A DNA stretch of 32,000 nt, taken from Candidatus Altimarinota bacterium (GTDB taxonomy: Bacteria; Patescibacteriota; Gracilibacteria; UBA1369). Made by a program: the position numbers and the translations under genes. The DNA lies in NCBI GenBank assembly GCA_041659405.1, contig JBAZYK010000008.1:52013-84012 (forward strand), given 5' to 3'. Shown piece after piece: positions 1 through 9,006 of this stretch. The notes under the pieces were generated by a model that saw only the letters and a program-made list of their open reading frames with translations, was not told where the DNA came from and made no database searches. Positions within the stretch are counted from its first letter, which is position 1, and every line of letters begins with the position of its first letter.

Positions 1-1661
1 ATAACCTCGCGAATATTGGCCTCATCCTGGAATAGCATAATCAGGCGGTCAATTCCCCAGGCAATACCACCATGTGGAGGAGCTCCAAATTCAAACGCGT
101 GTAAAAGATGACCAAATCTTCTTTGCGCGTCGTCTTTGCTAATTCCTAAAGTATCAAAAATCTTGCTTTGAAGTTCCGGTGTATGAATTCTGATACTGCC
201 GCCACCAATTTCATTGCCGTTCAAAGCCAAATCATAAGCCTTAGCCCTAACTTTTTCCGGCGCGGTATCCAACATGGCCACATCTTCGTCTTTTGGACTC
301 GTAAACGGATGATGAGCCGAATTTAGGCGCTGTTCCGTTGCGCTCCACTCAAAAAGAGGGAAGTCGTAAACCCAACAAAACGCAAAAACATTATTATCAC
401 GTAAATTCATTTTATCGCCGCAAGCCAAACGGATTTTGCCCAAGACCTCACAAACCTTCAAAAACTCACCGGCCCCAAAGAAAATAATATCACCGCTTTG
501 AGCCTTAGTTTTTTCAACAAGTGCCTTAACCTCTTCATCTTTAAAGAATTTGAGTAATGACGATTTTGGTCCTTCCGGCGCGATTTGAATATAAGCCAAA
601 CCTTTTGCCCCAAAGGATTGGGCCAGTTCGGTTAATTCATCAATTTCTTTACGTGTGAATTTATTGCCGCCTTCAACTTTCAAAGCACGAACCACGCCAC
701 CTGCTTTTACGGCATCGGCAAAAACTTTAAATCCGGATTCTTTTACCAAATCACTTACATCAACAATTTCCATCCCAAAACGAATATCAGGCTTGTCTGA
801 GCCATATTTATCCATGGATTCCTGCCAGGTCATACGTGGAAAAGGTTTTTTCTGGATTTTTTTATGAGGAACCAAAGTTTCAACCAGGTTAATCATTAAC
901 TCTTCATTGAGTTGAATAATGTCTTCCTGTTCAATAAAAGACATCTCCACATCCAATTGCGTAAACTCAGGCTGGCGATCTCCGCGTTGATCTTCATCAC
1001 GGAAACAGCGCGCAATTTGGAAATAACGATCCATGGAAGCCACCATTAAAAGCTGTTTCAATTGCTGTGGTGATTGAGGCAGCACAAAAAACTTTCCCGG
1101 ATACAGGCGTGAAGGAACCAGATATTCACGGCTTCCTTCCGGCGTTCCCTTAATCAAAATCGGAGTTTCTATTTCCAAAAAACCTTTGCTGTCCATATAA
1201 TCACGAATTTTTTTGATCACGTTGTGGCGCATAATCAGGTTATTCTTCATGCGCTCACGACGAATATCCAAATAACGATACTTCAAACGCAACTCTTCAT
1301 TGACCTCTTTATCCTGATCAATTTCAAATGGTGGAGTCTTGGAACGATTCAAAATTTCGGCACTATTAACAACCACTTCAATTCCTCCAGTCGTCATCTT
1401 GGAATTCTTCATTCCCTCAGGCCTCTTGCGGACACTTCCTTCAATTTTCAAAACAAACTCACTGCGGGCCTCATCCAGAATTTTATATCCTTCCGGAGAA
1501 ACCGTTGGATCAGCGGCAACTTGAGTCAACCCATAACGATCACGCAAATCAATAAAAATCATTCCACCATGATCACGTCGACGATGGACCCATCCACAAA
1601 GCGTCACTTTTTGATCAACATTAGTTTCAGTTAGTTCATTACAGGTATGAGTTCGGAGCAT
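1..1661 (-). CDS. aspS: Aspartyl-tRNA synthetase, bacterial type; 3' end runs off the window
   Basis: Absent from the ORF track because it has no stop inside the window. My minus-strand translation from ATG 1661 gives MLRTHTCNELTETNVDQKVTLCGWVHRRRDHGGMIFIDLRDRYG... It carries class II signatures FFVLPQSPQQ and CFRDEDQRGDRQPEFTQLD, and motif 3 GAPPHGGIAWGIDRLIML at the window edge. Confidence 0.93.
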   Translation of the reverse strand, partial: MLRTHTCNELTETNVDQKVTLCGWVHRRRDHGGMIFIDLRDRYGLTQVAADPTVSPEGYKILDEARSEFVLKIEGSVRKRPEGMKNSKMTTGGIEVVVNSAEILNRSKTPPFEIDQDKEVNEELRLKYRYLDIRRERMKNNLIMRHNVIKKIRDYMDSKGFLEIETPILIKGTPEGSREYLVPSRLYPGKFFVLPQSPQQLKQLLMVASMDRYFQIARCFRDEDQRGDRQPEFTQLDVEMSFIEQEDIIQLNEELMINLVETLVPHKKIQKKPFPRMTWQESMDKYGSDKPDIRFGMEIVDVSDLVKESGFKVFADAVKAGGVVRALKVEGGNKFTRKEIDELTELAQSFGAKGLAYIQIAPEGPKSSLLKFFKDEEVKALVEKTKAQSGDIIFFGAGEFLKVCEVLGKIRLACGDKMNLRDNNVFAFCWVYDFPLFEWSATEQRLNSAHHPFTSPKDEDVAMLDTAPEKVRAKAYDLALNGNEIGGGSIRIHTPELQSKIFDTLGISKDDAQRRFGHLLHAFEFGAPPHGGIAWGIDRLIMLFQDEANIREV

Positions 1662-1689
1662 AAAAATTCATTAGCAAACGCCCTACATC

Positions 1690-4600
1690 TTAACTCAACA
1701 TAACGTTAAGTTCTAGCTTAAGTTCATCACTCAAATTAATGCCAAAAGGAAGCTTTAATCGTTTTTGCCCCAAAAGAATTTCCACCTTTCTTTCACCGGG
1801 ATAGCGCAAAAGCAGCTGTTTTAAATCTTCCATTTTTTTCAATTGAAAATGCGGCGGAATCGTCACGCAAAATGGATCTTCCTGCCATGGCTCCAAATTT
1901 TGAGCGGCAGAACTTTCATCTGGTGCGTGGGTCACCGGCTCTTCCATTAAAGGATCTTCCACGGCTACAGGATCAGGAGTTAAGGTCTTTTGTTTGCGGC
2001 TCATTTTTTCTTTAGGATCGTACATGTTGAGTTCCTGAGCATTTCTGATCATGCTATCCAAAGAAACCGCCTTGGCTGTGTTGACCGAAAATTGCAGACT
2101 ATCGCGTCGCAAATCCAAACGGCCTTCCATAATCAAAAGCTGGTCCTCTTTAATAAGCTCGCCATATAGTTGATAAACTTTTGGAAAAACCACAAACTCG
2201 ATTCTGCCTGTTGGATCCTCAACTTCGCCATAAACCATATAAGCGCCACTTTTGGTAAAAACCTTTTTTGCTTTTGTTATAATTCCGCCAATTTTAACCA
2301 ATTTACCAACGTGTTTTTTGGCTAAAGAGTCAATAATATTAACTTTTTTGGACAGATATTTTTTTAAACCTCTCAGTGGATGACCGGAAACAAAAAGTCC
2401 CATATATTTTTTCTCCCATGACAATCTTTCCATCAAACTGGTTGGAGCGGCTTTCTTTAGAGTAAAAGTCTGAGTAGAAGACTCCTGCACTTCCTCCATC
2501 ATTCCAAAAATATCAGTTTGGCCTTGCGCGCTAACCTCATGGGCAAATTTTGAAAACTTCGACATTGCTTCAAAACCTTCGGCCAATGATTTACGGTCCC
2601 CAAGTTCATCCAAAGCCCCGGAATAAGCCAAAGCTTCAATCGTTTTTTTATTGATAAGTTTGGCCGGAGCGCGCTTTAAAAATTCTTCAATCGTTGTGAA
2701 TTTACCACCTTTTCTCACTTCGATTAGGTCCAAAATAACGCCTTCACCAAGCCCTTTTATGGCTGTTAAACCAAAGCGAATCGTTTTTTCATCAACAACC
2801 GTAAAATTCGCGAAAGAATCATTTATCGAAGGAGGAAGTACCGCAATTCCCATTTCATTACATTCATTCATTTCCAAAACGACCCGTTCGGTATTGTCAT
2901 AATCCGATGAAAGCAGCGCCGCCATAAACTCAATCGGATAATGCGATTTTAAATAGGCGGTTTGATAAGAAATCATGGCATAACAAGCCGCATGAGCTTT
3001 GTTGAAACCATAACCCGCAAACGGCTCAATAACCTTCTCGAAAACCTCTTTTGCAAACTTTTCTCCATGTCCCTGCCCGATTGCTCCTTTCACAAATTTC
3101 TCTTTTTGCTCATTTAAAAGTGCCAGAATCTTTTTACCCACCGCTTTACGCAAAAGATCAGCTTCCCCCAATGAAAATCCGGCAAAATCGCGGGCAATTT
3201 GTAAAATTTGTTCCTGATAAATCGCCACGCCATTGGTTTCATTCAAAATTTTCTCGAACGAAGGATGAAAATATCTTATACTGCTTGGATCGTGTTTTCC
3301 TTTAATATACTGCGGAATCCACTCCATTGGACCGGGACGATAAAGCGAAATCATCGCAATAATATCTTCAAAACGGGTCGGTTTTAACTCGCGAATATAT
3401 CTTCTCATGCCGGGGGATTCCAATTGAAAAACGCCGGTAGTATCGCCTTTTTGCAAAAGATCAAAACTGGCGGCATCATCCATCGGAATAGTTTCAAGCA
3501 CAAAATCAATGTCATGCCTGAATTTTATCAATTGCAGTGTTCTTTGGATGATACTCAGGTTTTTTAAGCCCAAAAAGTCCATTTTCAAAAGACCAATCTC
3601 CTCAATCGGCTTCATTGAATATTGAGTGATCACTTCTTCGCCGCCACCGGTTGACCTTTGTACGGGACAATAATTGATCAATGGCAATTCAGACATCACC
3701 ACCGCCGAAGCATGAGTTCCGGCATGACGCACAGTTCCTTCCAATTGAATCGCATTGTCTAAAAGTGCCTTTGTTCTTGGCTCGCTTCTATAAACCGCGC
3801 TCAATTCCGAGCTTTCTTCAACGGAAACCTTTAAAGGTGAATGTTTCCCCAAAATTGGCATCGGAATAAGTTTGGAAATACGGTCAACTTCAGCATAAGG
3901 ATAACCCATCGCACGACCAACATCTCTTACCGCCGCTTTAGCCGCCATGGTTCCAAAAGTGATAATCTGCGCCACACAATCTTTGCCATATTTTTCCGTA
4001 ACATAAGCCAAAACCTCGTCTCTTCTGGTATCCGCAAAATCAATATCAATATCCGGCATACTCACACGTTCCGGATTCAAGAAGCGTTCAAAAATCAGCC
4101 CATATTTTAAAGGATCAAGCTGCGTAATATTTAAAGTATAAGTAATGAGCGATCCCGCCGCCGAACCACGACCCGGCCCCACTGTAATTCCCTGATCCTT
4201 GGCAAATCTCACAAAATCCCAAACAATCAAAAAGTAATCGTCAAAGCCCATCTTATGGACAATTCCAAGCTCATAATTTAGCTGAGCGATGGCTTTTTCC
4301 GGTGTTGGATCCCCAAATTTCTTTTTAAGCCCCTCTTCACACAATTTTCTAAGATATGATTCCGAAGTTTCATTACCCGGTTTCTTAAAAATAGGAATAA
4401 GACTCGCCCCAAGTTCAATCGTAAGATCGCATCGTTCCGCTATTTTCGCCGTATTATCAATCGCTTCGGGAACATGCGCAAAAACCCGGCGCATTTCTTC
4501 TTCACTTTGCATCGAAAAATCGCCATCAAATTTCATTCTATTTTCCACTTCCAGGGTCGTTTGAGTCTGAATACAAAGCAAAATATCCTGTGCCAGCGCA

Positions 4601-5241
4601 TCTCCTTTTTTTACATAATGAGAATCCTGAGTAGCCACCAAAGGCGCCCCGGTTATTTTAGAAAGCTCAATCAAGCGGTCATTTAAGACCTTTTGTTCGT
4701 CCAGTTGAGGATGATCCTGCAATTCCAAATAAAAATTCTCTACGCCAAAAATATCCTGATAACTGCGAATAACTTCAATTTGCTTTGCCTCGTTATCGTT
4801 CAAAACAGCCTGGGCAACCTCACCGGCCAGACACGAACTTAAGGCAATCAGACCTTTACTATGGGCTTTCATTAAGCCATGATCCATTCTTGGCTTGTAA
4901 TAAAAACCTTCCAAATGTGCCTTGGAAACAAGCTCCATTAAGTTTTTATAACCCTCAAAATTTTGCGCTAACAAAATAAGATGGAACGGTTTGCTTTCGG
5001 TTCTTGGAGCCCGATCAAAACGTGACCCCGGCGCAACATAAACCTCACAACCAATAATTGGCTTAATGCCTTCAGCTTTTGCCGCTTTATAAAACTCAAT
5101 TGCGCCATATAAAACCCCATGATCAGTCATGGCCACAGCCGGAAAGCCCAGCTCCTTAGCCCTTTGGACGATTTTTTTAGGAGTCCCCAGTCCATCAAGC
5201 AGACTGTAATGAGAATGAACGTGAAGAGGTACGTAAGCCAT
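1690..5241 (-). CDS. dnaE: DNA polymerase III alpha subunit
   Basis: The 1193-aa ORF has the PHP motif VPLHVHSHYSLLDG, the palm GPGRGSAAGSL...PDIDIDF, and a C-terminal OB region. The ORF-track start is TTG 5271. ATG 5241 (MAYVPLHVH) matches the usual DnaE N-terminus and is preferred. Confidence 0.95.
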   Translation of the reverse strand: MAYVPLHVHSHYSLLDGLGTPKKIVQRAKELGFPAVAMTDHGVLYGAIEFYKAAKAEGIKPIIGCEVYVAPGSRFDRAPRTESKPFHLILLAQNFEGYKNLMELVSKAHLEGFYYKPRMDHGLMKAHSKGLIALSSCLAGEVAQAVLNDNEAKQIEVIRSYQDIFGVENFYLELQDHPQLDEQKVLNDRLIELSKITGAPLVATQDSHYVKKGDALAQDILLCIQTQTTLEVENRMKFDGDFSMQSEEEMRRVFAHVPEAIDNTAKIAERCDLTIELGASLIPIFKKPGNETSESYLRKLCEEGLKKKFGDPTPEKAIAQLNYELGIVHKMGFDDYFLIVWDFVRFAKDQGITVGPGRGSAAGSLITYTLNITQLDPLKYGLIFERFLNPERVSMPDIDIDFADTRRDEVLAYVTEKYGKDCVAQIITFGTMAAKAAVRDVGRAMGYPYAEVDRISKLIPMPILGKHSPLKVSVEESSELSAVYRSEPRTKALLDNAIQLEGTVRHAGTHASAVVMSELPLINYCPVQRSTGGGEEVITQYSMKPIEEIGLLKMDFLGLKNLSIIQRTLQLIKFRHDIDFVLETIPMDDAASFDLLQKGDTTGVFQLESPGMRRYIRELKPTRFEDIIAMISLYRPGPMEWIPQYIKGKHDPSSIRYFHPSFEKILNETNGVAIYQEQILQIARDFAGFSLGEADLLRKAVGKKILALLNEQKEKFVKGAIGQGHGEKFAKEVFEKVIEPFAGYGFNKAHAACYAMISYQTAYLKSHYPIEFMAALLSSDYDNTERVVLEMNECNEMGIAVLPPSINDSFANFTVVDEKTIRFGLTAIKGLGEGVILDLIEVRKGGKFTTIEEFLKRAPAKLINKKTIEALAYSGALDELGDRKSLAEGFEAMSKFSKFAHEVSAQGQTDIFGMMEEVQESSTQTFTLKKAAPTSLMERLSWEKKYMGLFVSGHPLRGLKKYLSKKVNIIDSLAKKHVGKLVKIGGIITKAKKVFTKSGAYMVYGEVEDPTGRIEFVVFPKVYQLYGELIKEDQLLIMEGRLDLRRDSLQFSVNTAKAVSLDSMIRNAQELNMYDPKEKMSRKQKTLTPDPVAVEDPLMEEPVTHAPDESSAAQNLEPWQEDPFCVTIPPHFQLKKMEDLKQLLLRYPGERKVEILLGQKRLKLPFGINLSDELKLELNVMLS

Positions 5242-5289
5242 GAAAAGTTCAAAATAAAAATTTTTCCACAAATTTTAAATTCCCTGCGC

Positions 5290-5298
5290 ATTTTAACA
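5290..5298 (-). promoter_or_regulatory. Candidate extended -10 (TGtTAAAAT) upstream of dnaE
   Basis: The minus strand reads tgTTAAAAT about 42 nt upstream of ATG 5241. There is no good -35. Confidence 0.3.
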
Positions 5299-5443
5299 CA
5301 AAAAATTAAAAAAGCATGAGCGGAGGGAAGTTTGAGCAAATTGAGGATTTTTGAACTTACGGGTCTCGCGGGCCCCGAAGTGAAAAAATCCGAATAGTGC
5401 GAAAACTTTCCGCAGCGAATACATTGCCCTTTTCGAAAATATT

Positions 5444-5469
5444 AAAAACCTTTTAGGGAAAAGGTTTTT
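5444..5469 (-). terminator. AT-rich perfect hairpin just 3' of tRNA-Leu
   Basis: AAAAACCTTTT-aggg-AAAAGGTTTTT forms an 11-bp stem with a 4-nt loop, and A/T tracts on both sides make it bidirectional in form. Only 2 of the pairs are GC, so it is weak. Confidence 0.45.
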
Positions 5470-5474
5470 AAATT

Positions 5475-5559
5475 TGGTGCCGGGGAGAGGACTCGAACCT
5501 CCACGCCTTGTGGGCGTCAGCTCCTAAGGCTGATGCGTCTGCCATTTCGCCACCCCGGC
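5475..5559 (-). tRNA. tRNA-Leu (anticodon UAG), class II long variable arm, encoded CCA
   Basis: The reverse complement folds by hand. Acceptor is GCCGGGG/CCCCGGC, anticodon stem TCAGC/GCTGA, loop CTTAGGA, T-loop TTCGAGT, and the variable arm is 13 nt. Confidence 0.9.
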
Positions 5560-5633
5560 CTTTTCACACTGGCCCATATTAGCAAACTTTCCCCCAAGGT
5601 AAAAAGGGATAATTTCAATCCAAAGCTAATAGC

Positions 5634-5662
5634 TTGACAAACCAAAAGTTAAGTTGTAATAT
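5634..5662 (+). promoter_or_regulatory. Sigma70-type promoter, TTGACA-17 nt-TAATAT
   Basis: A consensus -35 and a 5/6 -10 at exact 17-nt spacing lie upstream of the 5675/5816 ORF. Confidence 0.5.
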
Positions 5663-5815
5663 AAATACCTTTTCTTGCGAGAGAAGTGTAAAGCTACAAG
5701 CTTGCGTGAAGATCAAATTTCTTTCTTGACACTATCATTCTTTACGCCTAAGCTCATACTATCTGCACAGGAAATCTTAAACCAAAATTCTTCTAAAATC
5801 TTTAACTGCGAACCC

Positions 5816-6943
5816 ATGGATAACCAATTTTCTCAAAACTCTTTCACTTCTGGCACTGGTTCTACCGCTGCCACTCCCCAAAAACCGATTGGAAAGCTTG
5901 ATTTAAGTGAAATTATTGAGGATATGTTCCTGGTTCTAACGAACAAGGAAAAAGACGTTATCGTTAAAAGATTCAGTCTGGACAGCAAACCTAAGCAAAC
6001 TCTAGAGAAAATCGGCCAATCTTTCTCTGTTACACGTGAAAGAATCCGCCAGATCGAGAAAATCGCGTTAAATAAATTACGCCGCACCGTTGATAACACT
6101 AAACTCAGCATTATCAATAAACTTGCCAAGGAAACTCTTACAACCCATGGTGGTATTTTGCTTGAGAACAAGTTGGTAGCGGAAATTTTAAACAATATTA
6201 TCAGCACACAGGAAGTTGATGCAAATATCATTAAATTGGCACTCAACATCAATCCTGAAATCACCAAGATGGAAAAAACTAATACCTACAAGCCATTTTG
6301 GCACATGTTGAGTATCAGCATGGACGACATTAAATTGATTATCGAAACAGGTATCACTATTTTGAATAAAAAAGGTGATGTTATTATCGATGAAAAACTT
6401 GCAGTGGAAGTAGTGGTTGCCATAGAAGAAAAAGGCAAAAAGTTTGTAAATCCAATGATTCTTTCCGGTCTTGAAGTGGATAAGCGCGTTAAACGTATTA
6501 AAGAAGGCTTTGGCTTGATTATGTGGAGACACATCAACCCACGCAGTATTCGTGATAAAGCTTACATCGTTCTTAAAAAAGGCGGCAATCCATTGCATTT
6601 CGTTGAAATTGCCAATAAGATCGCCGAATCCGGCTTCGATAAAAAAGTAGTAACCACACAAGCCGTTCACAATGAATTGATTCGTTACGAACAATTCGTT
6701 TTGGTTGGAAGAGGCCTTTACGCTCTTAAAGAATGGGGCTACAAAAAGGGAACAGTTGCTGATGTAATTGAAAACCTTCTTCACAAAAAGAGCCCAATGA
6801 CCAAACAGGAAATCATTCAGGGAGTTCTTAAACAACGTCAGGTTAAGAAGGGGACTATCTCACTCAACCTTCAAAAGAACGCTCAATTTGTTCGTGTTGG
6901 TCGTGCGGTTTATAAGCTTGATGAATCAAAGAAGGTTGCTTAA
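5816..6943 (+). CDS. Sigma-70 region-4-like HTH plus HARE-HTH/winged-helix DNA-binding protein (no sigma regions 2/3)
   Basis: LTNKEKDVIVKRFSLD..QTLEKIGQSFSVTRERIRQIEKIALNKLRR matches the RpoD 4.2 signature. The C-terminal PLHFVEIANKIAESGF...FVLVGRGLYALKEWGY is HARE-HTH-like, as in the RpoE-delta N-terminal domain. The ORF track starts at TTG 5675. ATG 5816 is preferred by alignment with the paralog at 12703-13764. Confidence 0.8.
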   Translation: MDNQFSQNSFTSGTGSTAATPQKPIGKLDLSEIIEDMFLVLTNKEKDVIVKRFSLDSKPKQTLEKIGQSFSVTRERIRQIEKIALNKLRRTVDNTKLSIINKLAKETLTTHGGILLENKLVAEILNNIISTQEVDANIIKLALNINPEITKMEKTNTYKPFWHMLSISMDDIKLIIETGITILNKKGDVIIDEKLAVEVVVAIEEKGKKFVNPMILSGLEVDKRVKRIKEGFGLIMWRHINPRSIRDKAYIVLKKGGNPLHFVEIANKIAESGFDKKVVTTQAVHNELIRYEQFVLVGRGLYALKEWGYKKGTVADVIENLLHKKSPMTKQEIIQGVLKQRQVKKGTISLNLQKNAQFVRVGRAVYKLDESKKVA

Positions 6944-6986
6944 TTCCCAAGTTTAAATTCAACATTAAAAATTAAAACACTAGATC

Positions 6987-7307
6987 ATGGCTGATCAATG
7001 CATTTTTTGCAAAATAATTTCCAAAGAAATACCTTCAAAGATGGAACATGAAGATGATCTTTGTGTTGCCTTTCATGATATTCATCCCCGGTCGCGGGTT
7101 CACCTTTTGGTTTTGCCAAAAAGGCACATGGAAACTCTTAAAGATATGGAAATAGCGGACGAGAAAACCCTGGGACGCATGATGAAAGTGGCAAGTGACC
7201 TGGCCAAAAAGTTCAAGCTGGAAGATTACAAACTTTTAATGAGTGTAGGCAAAAAAGCCGGACAGGAAATTTTTCATGCCCACCTTCACGTAATGAGTGT
7301 TGATTAA
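6987..7307 (+). CDS. HIT (histidine triad) family nucleotide hydrolase
   Basis: The 106-aa protein starts CIFCKII and has the C-terminal histidine triad HAHLHVM. Confidence 0.9.
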   Translation: MADQCIFCKIISKEIPSKMEHEDDLCVAFHDIHPRSRVHLLVLPKRHMETLKDMEIADEKTLGRMMKVASDLAKKFKLEDYKLLMSVGKKAGQEIFHAHLHVMSVD

Positions 7308-7330
7308 TTTAGCGGGCGAATGCGCTAAAT
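7307..7330. terminator. Hairpin filling the gap between the convergent HIT and nadC genes
   Basis: ATTTAGCG-ggcgaatg-CGCTAAAT forms an 8-bp stem. There is no clear U-tract, so this is weak. Confidence 0.3.
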
Positions 7331-8289
7331 CAAGCCTGGAATTCCAAAGAAATATCCAGCGCTTTTGCCGAATGTGTAAGCATCCCGAGCGAAATTATGT
7401 CCACTCCACTCGCCGCATACGTCTTTAAATTTTCGAAATTAATTCCACCCGAAGCCTCAAAAAAGATGTTCTTTTGCCAGCCCATTTTTTTACATTGATT
7501 GATAATCATTTTAATTTCGGTAACTTTCATATTATCAAGCATGATATAAAGCGGCTGAAAGCCTTTTGGCGCCTGCTCAAAATAATATTGCGCAACTTTT
7601 AACGCATCGTTTTTGGAAGTCACTTCAATCTCCACAAAATTTCCTAACTGCTCTTTTGAACTTTCAAAAATTTTATCCAAAATTGCCGCAAAATTATTTT
7701 CAAAAAGTGCCACGTGATTATCCTTAATTAAAACCGCATCACTTAGAGAAAGTCTATGTGTCCCGCCTCCACCAACCATGCAAGCCTTTTTATCAAACAG
7801 TGGCCATAAAGTTTTTCGCGTTGGGGTAATCAAAACCTTGCTCGCGCTTAAACTGCAGGCCTTGGCAGTAGCAGTTGCGACCCCGGACATCCTTTGCAGA
7901 AAATTTAAAATTGTTCTTTCCAGTAACAAAATATCCTGCGCGGAACCTTTCAAACTTCCAAATTCCTGGCCTTTGGTAAGTCTTTCGGCATCGCGCACTT
8001 TAAAATTAACAGAAACCTCACCTAATTTAATACTTGCAAGCTTCTCAACATGATTCAAAAAAAACTCTATCTCTTCAATGCCGGCAACAACGCCATCACT
8101 TTTTGCCAAGAAAAAAGCCTCAATTTTCCTTTCAGGATCAGGTAAAAGCCGGCTGGTTATATCGCCTTTATTTCTAACATCCAGACGCAAATTATTTTCA
8201 AAAAAATCCAGGACATGTTGCCTGTATTCTTGATTATTAATGCGCAAATATTTTTCCAAACAATGCGTTTTTCTAATGATGTTTATCAT
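7330..8289 (-). CDS. nadC: Nicotinate-nucleotide (quinolinate) phosphoribosyltransferase, type II PRTase family
   Basis: LLLERTILNFLQRMSGVATAT, TRKT, GGGGTHR, LIKDNH, IMLDNM and EASGGI are all in NadC order. Confidence 0.85.
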   Translation of the reverse strand: MINIIRKTHCLEKYLRINNQEYRQHVLDFFENNLRLDVRNKGDITSRLLPDPERKIEAFFLAKSDGVVAGIEEIEFFLNHVEKLASIKLGEVSVNFKVRDAERLTKGQEFGSLKGSAQDILLLERTILNFLQRMSGVATATAKACSLSASKVLITPTRKTLWPLFDKKACMVGGGGTHRLSLSDAVLIKDNHVALFENNFAAILDKIFESSKEQLGNFVEIEVTSKNDALKVAQYYFEQAPKGFQPLYIMLDNMKVTEIKMIINQCKKMGWQKNIFFEASGGINFENLKTYAASGVDIISLGMLTHSAKALDISLEFQA

Positions 8290-8810
8290 TAAATGGAAAT
8301 ATTTTTAACAAATTTCAACCACCAACCTTTGAGTGTTTCTACGGTTGCATAAGCCAAATGTTCCAAAATTTCTTTTAATTCCCTGATTTTAGTTACGACT
8401 CCGTTAAGTGAATAAGGTGAAAATCCTTTTGGATCTCTCATGATTTTTTTTGCCTCTTTTTCTAAAACCTTGATCTGCTTTTCAATTTCATGCGCGATTT
8501 GTCCGCGCATCGCCTCAATTGTTGGGATCTTGATCGGCTTAATTGCTGTTTGAGTAGTCTGAGCCGCTCCTCCGGAAAACTTGGTAGCAGGTCCGACACT
8601 TTTCTTTTCCGAAACCTGTTCACTTACTTTTTCGTTTGAAGCTTCCACATTTTCGACAACTTCGCCCACGCCTTCCATAAATCTGGTGGAAGTTTGTTGA
8701 ACCTCTTTGGATAACTGCTGTTTTTCAGCCTTTTGCTCCTGGGGCTTTTCCCGTTGAGCTTCAGGTGCGTGAACGATTTGTTCCTTGTTGTTTCCTGGAT
8801 TATTCGCCAT
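8289..8810 (-). CDS. Hypothetical protein with a low-complexity Q/E/K-rich N-terminus and a helical C-terminus
   Basis: 173-aa ORF. Its TAA stop overlaps the nadC ATG (TAATG). I recognise no family. Confidence 0.55.
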   Translation of the reverse strand: MANNPGNNKEQIVHAPEAQREKPQEQKAEKQQLSKEVQQTSTRFMEGVGEVVENVEASNEKVSEQVSEKKSVGPATKFSGGAAQTTQTAIKPIKIPTIEAMRGQIAHEIEKQIKVLEKEAKKIMRDPKGFSPYSLNGVVTKIRELKEILEHLAYATVETLKGWWLKFVKNISI

Positions 8811-8865
8811 AAAATTAGTTTTATACTTTACCTATATAACACAGAATTCGTGAATAAATTACATA

Positions 8866-8895
8866 ATTATACATGATATTTGCCCGTTTTGTCAA
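8866..8895 (-). promoter_or_regulatory. Sigma70-type promoter, TTGACA-18 nt-TATAAT, for the hypothetical-nadC operon
   Basis: The minus strand reads TTGACAaaacgggcaaatatcatgTATAAT, about 55 nt upstream of ATG 8810. Confidence 0.5.
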
Positions 8896-9006
8896 TTGCG
8901 CTAAGCGCTATTTCATTCGCTTCTCCGCTCAAAATAACATAAAATGTCAGGGGCATTTATCCTGCACGTATCTACATAATATAAACTTTACGTCACAAAT
9001 TCAACT

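Noticed and set aside
655-1634. Plus-strand ORFs 655-867, 1224-1634 and 1339-1524
   Set aside because: They lie antisense inside the clearly recognisable aspS coding region and have low-complexity, stop-poor shadow-frame sequences.
5675-5815. N-terminal extensions from TTG/GTG starts in the ORF track (5675, 5271, 13803, 14552, 16030, 24014)
   Set aside because: In each case a downstream ATG gives an N-terminus matching the family or the paralog. The extensions are unconserved-looking, and the extension of the 5675 ORF would begin within a few nt of the predicted transcription start.
5833-6835. Minus-strand ORFs of 144, 215 and 83 aa antisense to the sigma-r4/HARE-HTH gene
   Set aside because: These are F/N/I-rich shadow frames of an AT-rich gene. 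They have no motifs and overlap a gene with strong domain evidence.
8811-9006. T-box or other leader upstream of valS
   Set aside because: The 196-nt spacer lacks the conserved T-box sequence and a specifier/antiterminator architecture. It is better explained by divergent promoters.
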